Shown here: one piece after another, positions 1 to 9,300 of the stretch
Position numbering within the stretch: the stretch's first letter is position 1
Layout of the letters: the number at the start of each line of letters is the position of its first letter
Virus record (IMG/VR): IMGVR_UViG_3300042516_002585
Reading direction: 5' to 3' (one strand)
Origin: an uncultured virus (IMG/VR IMGVR_UViG_3300042516_002585)
Taxonomy: Duplodnaviria > Heunggongvirae > Uroviricota > Caudoviricetes
Length of the DNA stretch: 64,000 nucleotides
Notes under the pieces: generated by a model
What the model was told of the DNA's origin: nothing
The model's input: the letters and a program-made list of their open reading frames with translations, nothing else
The model's database searches: none
Program-made: the position numbers and the translations under genes

Positions 1-516
1 TCTGAAAGAATTGTTTTTGATCCTTCAACTTTTAGAACAACCATTATAAACTTTGATAAAAATCAATATGCTGGAAAATCAAAAAATCTTGGAACAAAGA
101 TAGAACCTCCTAAGATTTCTTTTTCAGATGCGGTTGATCTAGATCTCGGAGAAACTACATCAAGAATAGTTGCAACGATTGCAGACATTGGAACATTTGA
201 TCCAGAAGTTTCATTAAATCAAAATGCAAACTCAATAAATTATCAGGCACAATCTCTAATGAGATATAATACATTGTTTACGCAAGTATTAAATGCAACT
301 ATTCCATCAAATACAAATTTGAGAGCAGGAGATATTATTGAGTGCCAGTTTCCAAAAACAACTATTTCTAAAAAGAAAGAATTTGATCAGGAACAAAGTG
401 GTCTATATATGATTAAAGCATTGTGTCATCATTTTGATACCACTGGATCATATACATCTTTGAAACTAATTAGAGATACTTTTGGAAAATTCGGAACTAA
501 TAATAAGGTAGATTAA
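1..516 (+). CDS. Baseplate hub-like structural protein, C-terminal part (5' end outside window)
   Basis: Frame is open from base 1. The C-terminus NLRAGDIIE...SGLYMIKALCHHF...LKLIRD is typical of hub/late-control-like proteins, and it lies directly before the gp5-like gene. Confidence 0.6.
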   Translation, partial: SERIVFDPSTFRTTIINFDKNQYAGKSKNLGTKIEPPKISFSDAVDLDLGETTSRIVATIADIGTFDPEVSLNQNANSINYQAQSLMRYNTLFTQVLNATIPSNTNLRAGDIIECQFPKTTISKKKEFDQEQSGLYMIKALCHHFDTTGSYTSLKLIRDTFGKFGTNNKVD

Positions 517-519
517 GGA

Positions 520-2637
520 ATGTTAGATCAGTCTCTAATAAAAAGTAATTTTATAGGAAAAGATGGATTTATATGGTGGATTGGACAAATTCCACCAGAG
601 GAAAATCATCAAGGACAAATTAATGGTGCTGGTTGGGGACACAGATATAAAGTTCGCATTTTAGGATATGATTCTCCTAGAACATCAGAACTTTCAAATG
701 ATGAACTTCGTTGGGCGCAAGTTATGCTCCCAACAACCGCTGGATCTGGTGCAGCAAACCAGGCAACAACTGTCTCAATCTCGCCAGGTGATTGGGTTTT
801 TGGATTTTTCTTAGATGGATCACCAGATTATAGTTTACCAGTAATCCTTGGTGTATTTGGCAGAACATCACTAGTTGGAACTAATCAATACATAGCACCT
901 TTTCAACCCTATACTGGATATACAAATAAGGTTGATAATGATGGTGCTAACCTCATAAAAAATGAGGCAAATGAAAATAATGCGAATTCGCAAAAATCAC
1001 CAAGACACGTATCACCAAATCAAGCAAAGAAAATTGGTCCAGATGAAAGATCTTATTATAGTGCAATTGGAGACACTATAAAAGCAGCAACTGGATCTAC
1101 TTCAAGTACAATTGAAAAAATATCAACTGAAGTTGATAACTTTGTAAATAAAATACAATCAATTTCTGATAATGTAACCGGAGCAATTGGAAAAACAAAA
1201 GCATTAATTAACGCAGAAATTGCAAACATAACAGCAAAAATACAAAAAATTGCAAGTGGAATTGTTAATAATGTAATTAACAATTTATATAAAGCATTAG
1301 AACCAGTATTAAACGCTGGATTGAAATTGCTTTATAAAACAGTTTATGCAATTGTTTTTGCCGCAACTCAAAATGATCCAATAGCACATCAGGCAGGAGT
1401 TGCAGCACAAGCAGCAATGATCGCACCAGTTCAAGCAATTGAAGAAGCGTTGCCTTGCATTGCCAATTCAATATTAGGATCTATTGGTAATGTAATTAAA
1501 AATCTTTTAAGTTCAGTTGCAGATAATGTTGCTAATTTTGTGAGTTGTATTTCAGAACAATTTATTGGCGGGTTATTAAATCATATCATTGGTGGAATAG
1601 ATTCAATACTTACACCTCTTCTTGGTGGAGTTGAAAAGATTTTAATGGGATTTAATCTAATTTCATTTTTGAGATCAAGTGCAGAAGGACTATTAAGTAG
1701 AAATTTCAGACGCTCTTGTAATGAAATTGCTCCAAATTATAATTCCCCAACAAATCAGTGGGTTATTGGCAAAGGTGCAAAAGAAGAACCTGGTATTCCT
1801 ATAAACGCTATTTTAGAATCTGCTAATCTAGCAGCATCGATAGCAGAATCTTTCATCAATACGGGAGAAGCAATAGATGACTTTGTAAAAGATGTTGGAT
1901 CTCTTGACTTCTTAGGAAAAGGATTCTCAAATCCAGGATTCAAAGGTCTCGTTTCCGATTGTTATGGTGGTCCACCATTAAATTGTGGAGGAGTTAAAGT
2001 TAAGATATTTGGAAGCAATGGATCAGGAGCATCTGCAAGAGCAATTATTGGTTCATTAGTTGGTGATGGACCAATTGTAACTGGAAGTATTGTTGGATTT
2101 GAAATAGATGATGGTGGGTCTAATTATGATTTCCCACCATTTGTAGAAATTATTGATGATTGCAAACAAGGATATGGGGCTGTGGCAAGATCAGTCATAG
2201 ATTATGATGAAGAGTCTCCAACTTATGGACAAGTGATTGAAATTTACATTGTTTCTGAGGGTGAAAATTATCCTGTTAGTGGAACAGTTGAAGCAACGAG
2301 TCCAGAACCACCGTATGTTATTGATGATATTGTTATTATTGAACCTGGAACTGGATATACGAATACCGATACAGTTATAAATGTATCTACTCTTGATGCT
2401 GTTGGTATTTCCACTACGAGTCCTATTTCATATAAAATACAGGTTGGTGATAATGGAGAGATTACTAAAGTATTCCCAATAAATAGTCAATTGAATAATG
2501 TTTTAGAAGTTAATGATTTGCCAGTTCTTAAAGTGATAAGTGAAACTGGTTATGGAGCAACTCTCAAAGCAAGACTAAAACCGAGAAAACAATATCAAGG
2601 TGAAGTTAAACAACAAATAGATTGTATCGGTAAGTAA
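520..2637 (+). CDS. gp5: T4 gp5-like baseplate hub subunit (N-terminal OB fold)
   Basis: FIWWIGQI...RYKVRILGY...LRWAQVMLPTT...VFGFFLDG...PVILG matches the gp5/VgrG OB-fold N-terminus. Confidence 0.8.
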   Translation: MLDQSLIKSNFIGKDGFIWWIGQIPPEENHQGQINGAGWGHRYKVRILGYDSPRTSELSNDELRWAQVMLPTTAGSGAANQATTVSISPGDWVFGFFLDGSPDYSLPVILGVFGRTSLVGTNQYIAPFQPYTGYTNKVDNDGANLIKNEANENNANSQKSPRHVSPNQAKKIGPDERSYYSAIGDTIKAATGSTSSTIEKISTEVDNFVNKIQSISDNVTGAIGKTKALINAEIANITAKIQKIASGIVNNVINNLYKALEPVLNAGLKLLYKTVYAIVFAATQNDPIAHQAGVAAQAAMIAPVQAIEEALPCIANSILGSIGNVIKNLLSSVADNVANFVSCISEQFIGGLLNHIIGGIDSILTPLLGGVEKILMGFNLISFLRSSAEGLLSRNFRRSCNEIAPNYNSPTNQWVIGKGAKEEPGIPINAILESANLAASIAESFINTGEAIDDFVKDVGSLDFLGKGFSNPGFKGLVSDCYGGPPLNCGGVKVKIFGSNGSGASARAIIGSLVGDGPIVTGSIVGFEIDDGGSNYDFPPFVEIIDDCKQGYGAVARSVIDYDEESPTYGQVIEIYIVSEGENYPVSGTVEATSPEPPYVIDDIVIIEPGTGYTNTDTVINVSTLDAVGISTTSPISYKIQVGDNGEITKVFPINSQLNNVLEVNDLPVLKVISETGYGATLKARLKPRKQYQGEVKQQIDCIGK

Positions 2638-2638
2638 T

Positions 2639-3181
2639 ATGGCACAAAGACCTTTCGAAAAACAAAATTGGCAAAGAAGAAAGTATCATTCTTTTAGTCC
2701 TCATTTCAGAATTGATACTGGTAACCCTCAAATGGGTTTAAATGGTAGTGATGTTTATAATTTATATGGTGTAAATGATGAAAGAGATGTTTCTCTTGTA
2801 GGAATGTCTTTTGGTGGAATGTTTCATATTTACAATGATCAATCGATTGAAATTATAGGTGGTCAAAAAAGTACCACAACTGGAGTTGATATTATTATTA
2901 CTGGAAAAAATGGTGATATCTGGATTACTGCTGAGAAAAATGGACAAGTTAGAATTCGTGGAGCAAATGTTGTAGTAGATGCGGATGAAAATCTAACGTT
3001 AAAAGCAGGAAATAGTGTTAAAATTGAAGCAGGCAATAAAATAGATCTTAAATCAAATATTGCAAACTGTGATGCTCTTTCGGGTAATTTGGCACCAGAG
3101 AATGCAACCTTTATGAATGGTGTGTTTAGAGGAACTTATGTAGCAGATAAAGCGTTAGGAACTCTTGGTGGTTTCTTATAA
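2639..3181 (+). CDS. Baseplate spike-like protein (gp5 C-terminal beta-repeat type)
   Basis: Repetitive beta-strand segments (NLTLKAGNSVKIEAGNKIDLKS); immediately follows gp5. Confidence 0.55.
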   Translation: MAQRPFEKQNWQRRKYHSFSPHFRIDTGNPQMGLNGSDVYNLYGVNDERDVSLVGMSFGGMFHIYNDQSIEIIGGQKSTTTGVDIIITGKNGDIWITAEKNGQVRIRGANVVVDADENLTLKAGNSVKIEAGNKIDLKSNIANCDALSGNLAPENATFMNGVFRGTYVADKALGTLGGFL

Positions 3182-3192
3182 GGAGTTAAAAA

Positions 3193-3429
3193 ATGGCATT
3201 TACAGATTCAGAAAACTTATCAGATTTAAAAGTTTTTAATGATGAAGTTTGGTTTAATGAAGATGTCAGATTCTACAAAAACGTTGTAGTTTCTGGAACT
3301 TTATTTTACAATAACGCTCAACTTTCTCCATCTTCTGGTGGTGGAGGAGGAGGTGGTGGTGGAGGTGGATCTTTACCATCAGGATCTAATGGTGGATTTA
3401 GTGCAGTAACTTGGATTTTATCCACCTAA
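3193..3429 (+). CDS. Small Gly-rich virion-associated protein
   Basis: AAGGAG Shine-Dalgarno upstream; poly-Gly linker; lies in the structural operon. Confidence 0.5.
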   Translation: MAFTDSENLSDLKVFNDEVWFNEDVRFYKNVVVSGTLFYNNAQLSPSSGGGGGGGGGGGSLPSGSNGGFSAVTWILST

Positions 3430-3459
3430 TAAATAAAAAAATATCATTGTTTTTAACTA

Positions 3460-3831
3460 ATGACATCTCCTAATATTGTATCTACAACCAGCATATATGG
3501 TGTGACAACTGCTGGTGAATTAACAACATCAACTGTTTCTTTGCTTTCTAATGCGACTTCTAGTGGAAAGTTATATAGAGTAAATACAATTATTGTAACA
3601 AACGTTGATGGAACAAATAGTGCTAACGTAACAATCTCATACAATACCGCAGAGGAAGGTGGTGGAGATAATTACGAAATTGCATCAACAATTGCGGTTT
3701 TACCGGACTCTACATTAGTTGTTTTAGGAAAAGATTCTTCAATTTATTTACAAGAAGATAGATCAATTACAGGTCTTGCATCAGCAAATTCTGATTTAAA
3801 ATATATCATTTCATATGAAGAAATATCGTAA
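3460..3831 (+). CDS. Putative virion structural protein
   Basis: Ser/Thr-rich beta protein preceded by an AATAAATA late-type promoter. Confidence 0.5.
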   Translation: MTSPNIVSTTSIYGVTTAGELTTSTVSLLSNATSSGKLYRVNTIIVTNVDGTNSANVTISYNTAEEGGGDNYEIASTIAVLPDSTLVVLGKDSSIYLQEDRSITGLASANSDLKYIISYEEIS

Positions 3832-3839
3832 TAAAAAAT

Positions 3840-4658
3840 ATGGTTAAATTTATAGGAAATCGGATTGGAAGTTCAGTAACTAATGCACTATCTCAATCGG
3901 GAATTTTTAATTTATTCTCTCAGGAATATTTAAATAGAAGTTCAAATTGGGATACTCAATCTAGATATCATTATTTTACTTCTCCTGGATCAATTGATGT
4001 TTCATCATACTATCCAAAGATATCAAGAATAGATTTTTTTGGAGTTACTGGTGGTGGCGGTGGAGGTTCTGGAGCTCCTGGAATTCCTAGGTCAGCAGAT
4101 GGGGGCGCGGGTGGAACTGGTGGATCTAGTGGAACAATTACAGTTTACTTAAACGCTCCAAAAGCACCATATTCTCCAGGAACTATACCAGTAAGTGTTG
4201 GATCTAATTTTCCAACACCTGTCTCAGGTCCAAATCCTGGACCAGGAGGATCTGTGTTATCAGTTCCACAATCAATAAAAACTGTATTTTCTAGTTATGG
4301 TATAAACACATTTCCAACAGCAGCAACTGGTTACGGTGAAGGTGGTTTTGCAGGAGATGGTGGATTTGGTGGTGCAGGAGGAGTTGCCTTTAATAAATCA
4401 ACTTCTGAACCAGCACCTTTAGTACCAGAAATACCGTTCGTTCAGGGTACAAAAGGTTCAAATGGAAACTACGTAGTCAGTGCTGGTGGAAATGCTATTC
4501 GTACTGGCGGTGAAGGAGGAGATGGTGGTTTTGGATATGGTGGAGGCGGCGGTGGAGGCGGCGGCGGTGCTGAATATGATGGAAATACTTCATCAGGAGG
4601 TCCTGGACAACCTGGATCGCCAGGACTAATCGTTGTAAAAATTACATATCAATATTAA
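3840..4658 (+). CDS. Glycine-rich tail-fibre-associated protein
   Basis: GGGGGG/GGAGG motifs with a C-terminal G.PGLIVVKITY, typical of Gly-rich adhesin domains. Confidence 0.6.
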   Translation: MVKFIGNRIGSSVTNALSQSGIFNLFSQEYLNRSSNWDTQSRYHYFTSPGSIDVSSYYPKISRIDFFGVTGGGGGGSGAPGIPRSADGGAGGTGGSSGTITVYLNAPKAPYSPGTIPVSVGSNFPTPVSGPNPGPGGSVLSVPQSIKTVFSSYGINTFPTAATGYGEGGFAGDGGFGGAGGVAFNKSTSEPAPLVPEIPFVQGTKGSNGNYVVSAGGNAIRTGGEGGDGGFGYGGGGGGGGGGAEYDGNTSSGGPGQPGSPGLIVVKITYQY

Positions 4659-4693
4659 TATATTAAAAATAAATAATTAAAAATTTTCTTACT

Positions 4694-5155
4694 ATGAGAA
4701 TTACCGTAAGAGTTGAAGATAATTATATCTCAATAGATGGTCAATATCTTTCAAATATAAAAACGGATTTATCCTGGATTCCTTCTGGAATTATATCTTT
4801 AGAATGGTATAATGACTATGGAGAAATAGAGTATGAAGATAGGAAAGAAAACACAACAGAATTTGAAATTTTTCAACAATGTGTGGATGTTTTTTACACA
4901 GAATTGCAAAGAATTGAATATGAAAGAGTAACAATAAAACCAGTAGAAGTTGATTATTGGAGAGAACTTAGAAATAGAAGAAATTACATTTTACAAATGA
5001 CAGACTGGACACAGTGTAGAGATATTTTCCTTGAAAATGATGAGGAGTGGAAAGTTTATCGACAAGAATTAAGAGATCTACCAAAAAATATTGAAGATCC
5101 ACAACCTTTAATGCTTGATAAAAACCATCCAGACTGGCCCACGCCACCCTCTTGA
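4694..5155 (+). CDS. Phage tail-fibre assembly chaperone
   Basis: C-terminal W.ELR..RN..L..TDWTQ..D...WKVYRQELRDLP...WPTPP motif. Confidence 0.75.
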   Translation: MRITVRVEDNYISIDGQYLSNIKTDLSWIPSGIISLEWYNDYGEIEYEDRKENTTEFEIFQQCVDVFYTELQRIEYERVTIKPVEVDYWRELRNRRNYILQMTDWTQCRDIFLENDEEWKVYRQELRDLPKNIEDPQPLMLDKNHPDWPTPPS

Positions 5156-5180
5156 CACCAGACCCAAGACCCCCTATAAT
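5152..5180 (+). promoter_or_regulatory. Sigma70-type promoter
   Basis: TTGACA-17 nt-TATAAT, perfect consensus. Confidence 0.8.
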
Positions 5181-5205
5181 ATGGGGGTAATCAACGGAAC
5201 ACCAA

Positions 5206-5406
5206 ATGAGCACCGCACAAGAAACCGTACAGGGTATTGTGATTGATGTCTGCACCCGCACTTTCCTCCTTCTCAGTGATCAGGGCAGTGAGCGCCTGGT
5301 TGAGTGTGAGACTGTTCAAGAGTTTATGAACGTGTTGGAAGTTGTCACTGCTCAACTTGATCCTGAGCAGATTGAGTATGCTGATCTTGCAATTTATGGT
5401 GAGTGA
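5206..5406 (+). CDS. Hypothetical protein
   Basis: 66-aa ORF directly downstream of a consensus promoter. Confidence 0.65.
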   Translation: MSTAQETVQGIVIDVCTRTFLLLSDQGSERLVECETVQEFMNVLEVVTAQLDPEQIEYADLAIYGE

Positions 5407-5414
5407 TGCTATAA

Positions 5415-5422
5415 TATAAATA
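5415..5422 (+). promoter_or_regulatory. T4-type late promoter
   Basis: TATAAATA, 14 nt before the ATG at 5437. Confidence 0.6.
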
Positions 5423-5436
5423 TCCGAAAGAAATCA

Positions 5437-5610
5437 ATGGAAATTTTCACGGTGCAAGAATTTCAAGAAAGATTTGATGAACTGATTGAAAGAGTGGAAA
5501 ACGGAGAGCATATAGGAATCGTGGATGAAAATGGTAAAGCAGCAGTTATGATACCTGCGGATGATGACCTCATACGAATACACACTGAGTTAAATAACGA
5601 GGCATCATAA
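5437..5610 (+). CDS. Phd/YefM-like antitoxin-domain protein (57 aa, not in ORF track)
   Basis: MEIFTVQEFQERFDELIERVENGEHIGIVDENGKAAVMIP fits the Phd N-terminal pattern. Confidence 0.6.
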   Translation: MEIFTVQEFQERFDELIERVENGEHIGIVDENGKAAVMIPADDDLIRIHTELNNEAS

Positions 5611-5616
5611 AAGCAA

Positions 5617-5688
5617 GGGAGCATAGCTTAATGGTCAGAGCGGCCTGCTTATAACGGGTTAGTCTGGGTTCAACTCCCAGTGTTCCCA
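5617..5688 (+). tRNA. tRNA-Ile(UAU)
   Basis: Acceptor stem GGGAGCA/TGTTCCC, anticodon arm GCCTG-CTTATAA-CGGGT, T-arm with GTTCAA. Confidence 0.9.
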
Positions 5689-5690
5689 TT

Positions 5691-5763
5691 GCTCGTTTAG
5701 CAATCTGGTGAATGCACCGATCTCATAAATCGGCATAGGTGGGATCGTTCCCCACAACGAGCA
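5691..5763 (+). tRNA. tRNA with CAU anticodon (Met or Ile2)
   Basis: Acceptor stem GCTCGTT/AACGAGC, anticodon arm CCGAT-CTCATAA-ATCGG, T-stem GTGGG/CCCAC with an atypical ATCGTTC loop. Confidence 0.8.
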
Positions 5764-5853
5764 CTTGCCGTGGTTCATAACTTATGATAGAATCCAGTGG
5801 GGCATCTATCAAACGGTTTTGATTTAGTCTCACAAACACACGGCATCAAACAA

Positions 5854-5937
5854 GCGAGTATGGTGGAATCGGTAGACACACCAGACTTAAAATCTGTTGG
5901 GGGCAACCTCGTGGGAGTTCAAGTCTCCCTACTCGCA
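5854..5937 (+). tRNA. tRNA-Leu(UAA)
   Basis: Acceptor stem GCGAGTA/TACTCGC, anticodon arm CAGA-CTTAAAA-TCTG, long variable arm, GTTCAAG T-loop. Confidence 0.92.
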
Positions 5938-5968
5938 TAAAAATAAATATAAGATATGGGAAAACCCT

Positions 5969-6271
5969 ATGTCTTATCGTATCGATCACGCATACTGCTG
6001 GTACAATAATGGCAGTATGATTGTGAAGATGTATTTTATCAATCACATTCCTTTTACGTTTGACGAACTTCCAGATGGTCACTTATATGATCAAGATCTT
6101 TGTAGAGCAGCAGATAAAAATCGTACATTTGAACCCGAAGATTTATACAGAAACTCATTCTATTTGATAGACGAAGAGGTCCATCCTTGCTTTTTTCCAG
6201 TTGAGTTAGAGAATCCAGAAGATATGCCTGATGATGTTATTGAATATGATGAGGAGGATTTAATGGGATAA
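5969..6271 (+). CDS. Hypothetical protein
   Basis: ATG at 5969 after AATAAATA. The longer track ORF starts inside tRNA-Leu. Confidence 0.65.
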   Translation: MSYRIDHAYCWYNNGSMIVKMYFINHIPFTFDELPDGHLYDQDLCRAADKNRTFEPEDLYRNSFYLIDEEVHPCFFPVELENPEDMPDDVIEYDEEDLMG

Positions 6272-6306
6272 ATAAAGCATAGAAATATCTTGGCGAATAT
6301 AATCCG

Positions 6307-9300
6307 ATGCCTCTTAATAAGCTAGAGAATTTTATCAAGAATACAGAAGGTCGTATTCTTTATGTTAACCCCAATGATCTTGATGCTACTGATGGTATTG
6401 AGAATCAGGGTAACTCATTAACAAAACCATTTAAAACGATTCAGAGAGCATTAATTGAGTCTGCTAGATTCTCGTATCTAAGAGGAAATGATAATGATAT
6501 TACAGAAAAAACAACAATTCTTTTATTTCCTGGCGAACACCTAGTTGATAATAGACCTGGTTATGCAATCAAAGATAATGGTGGAGTTGCAACGGCAGTT
6601 TCTCCAACAGGTGCAGAATCTTTTGCTGGTGCAGAATTAACTTTAACACTTAATTCTAACTTTGATCTTACACAATCGGACAATATTCTCTATAAGTTTA
6701 ATAGTATTTACGGTGGAGCAGTTGTTCCAAGAGGAACTTCAATCGTTGGTCTTGATTTAAGAAAGACTAAAATTCGACCAAAATACGTTCCAAATCCCAC
6801 GGATTCTAACGCACCGACTAGTGCCATTTTTAGAATTACTGGTGCTTGTTATTTTTGGCAGTTTTCTATTTTTGATGGAAATGAACTTGGTCTTGTCTAT
6901 ACTGACCCGTCTGATTTTTCTGCGAATAATCAGTCCAGACCAACATTTTCACACCATAAGCTGACTTGTTTCGAATATGCTGATGGTGTAAATTTACCAA
7001 GTGGTTATGCCATTACAGATCTTGATATGTATTATAGCAAGGTCGGTAATGCTTTTAATAGAGCATCTGGAAGGGAAATTGATCAAAAATATCCATCTGA
7101 ACCAAATTCATTTGCTAAGCAAAGACCAGAATGGGAAATTGTTGGAGCATTTGCTGCTGATCCAATTACCATTTCTTCAATCATTTCTGGTGATGGTGCA
7201 ACACCAGGAACAGTTGTCACAGTTACAACACAAACGCCACACGGATTGACTGGTGGAACTCCAATTAAGATCCGTGGAATTAACGTTAATGATTATAATA
7301 TTTCAACAAAAGTTTCTTCTGTTATTAGTAGCACTACATTCACTTATTCACTATCAAACGTAAGAGCGAACTTACCAGCAGGTCCAGCAGCAGGATTGGC
7401 ACCTGGTCCAACCGCAGCAGTTATTATTGAAACTGACACTGTATCTGGTGCTTCCCCATACGTATTCAACGTATCCTTACGCTCTGTATGGGGTATGAAT
7501 GGAATGCACGCTGATGGTGCAAAAGCATCAGGTTTCCGTTCAATGGTCGTCGCACAGTTTACTGCTGTATCTCTACAAAAAGATGACCGTGCTTTTGTAA
7601 AATATAATCCATCAAATAGAACGTATGATAGCATTGGGATTACAAAAGTAACTGGTGAAGCTCTTTCATCAGAATCATCATCAATTAATCAGGCATTTGT
7701 TTATCACCTTGATCCCGACGCAATTTATAGACAAGGTTGGGAGATTAGTCACATTAAGATGTCAAACGATGCGTTTATTCAAATCGTTTCCGTCTTTGCT
7801 ATTGGATTTACTTATCATTTCGATACTCGTAGTGGTGGTGATGCTTCGATTACAAACTCTAACTCTAACTTTGGTCAAGTATCACTTCTTGCTGATGGAT
7901 TTAAAGCAGAAGCATTTACAAAAGATAACAAGGGATATATTACATCAATTGTTTCTCCAAGAGCAATTGTTAAGGATGAATCCCAAATCGAATGGGTTCA
8001 ATTTGATGTAAGCAAAACAAAATCAGTTGGAATTAGCAATCATCTATACTTATTAGGATACAACAAACTAGATATTGCACCTCCGATTATTTCTCAGGGT
8101 TATAGAATTGGTGCAAGAGTTAATGATGCTGTATATGTTTCAACATATAAAGCAAATATTTTAATGACCAATGGTCCGATCGTTTCTCCTGCTACAACGA
8201 TTTCTGGATCAGATAGTTCTGCCAAAGTTTATAAAACAACACTATCAAATACTTCTAACGGGACAGTTTATACGATTCCCACAGGACATTCACTGAGAAA
8301 CGGTGAATCCATTCGTATTTTCAGTGAAACTGGTGATCTACCCGAAGGCATTGAAGAGAATACGTTATATTATGCAGTAACTTCGGAAAAGAAAACCACA
8401 TTAGGTGCCACTGAAATTCAAATTGCTTCTTCAAGAACAAATGCATCATCACAAACACCATTAACAATTACTGCTTATGGTGGGCAACAACTTAGAATTG
8501 AAAGTAGAGTTTCTGACAAAGAGTCTGGGGAACTAGGTCATCCTATTCAGTGGGATCCAAATCAAAATCAGTGGTTTGTTCATGTAAGTGCTAATAGTGA
8601 ACTTTATACTTATATTAATGGTCTTACAATTCCGGAAACAGATATTTCTTATGTTTTAAGAAAAGAAGACGATAGAAGTTTAGATGAAAAAATTTATAAA
8701 CTTCGTTATGTAATTCCAAAAGAACTTTCAAATGGTAGAGCTCCTAGCGAAGGATTTGTCATACAAGAATCAAGTTCTACTTCGGTTAGAGAAAACTCCG
8801 ACTTCTCTTTAACATCACTGACAAGATCAGATTATGATTATGATCGTAATCCAAGATTTATTTCAACTTGCACATTTAATTCTGGAACTGCAACAGTCAC
8901 TGTTAGAGCAGACTCCACTCACGATTTGAGAGTTGGTGATAAAATTATTGTCACAAACGCCCAGAGCACTACTAATACGTCTGGAACAAAGAATATTGGG
9001 TATAATGGAACATTTGCAGTTTCTGCAATTACTGATGATAAAACTTTCTCATACAGCTCCACCGACATATTCGGAGTAACTCATAATCCTGGAACATTTA
9101 CAAGTAATACTAATACCAGAACAAAAGATCTTCCCAGATTCACTAGATCTGATGTAATTGACAATTTCTATGTTTACAGATCAGAAGTTGTTACACCATA
9201 CATTTACAATGTTCAGGATGGTGTTTATTACTTATATGTCCTAAATTCTGGAACTGCAATTCCTGTTGAATTTACAGATTTTAAATGTTCACAAAGAGTA

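Noticed and set aside
3337..4570. GGT/GGA/GGC tandem repeats
   Set aside because: They are explained by poly-glycine coding in virion proteins.
5897..5968. N-terminal extension of the ORF ending at 6271
   Set aside because: It overlaps tRNA-Leu; ATG 5969 after a late-type promoter is the likelier start.
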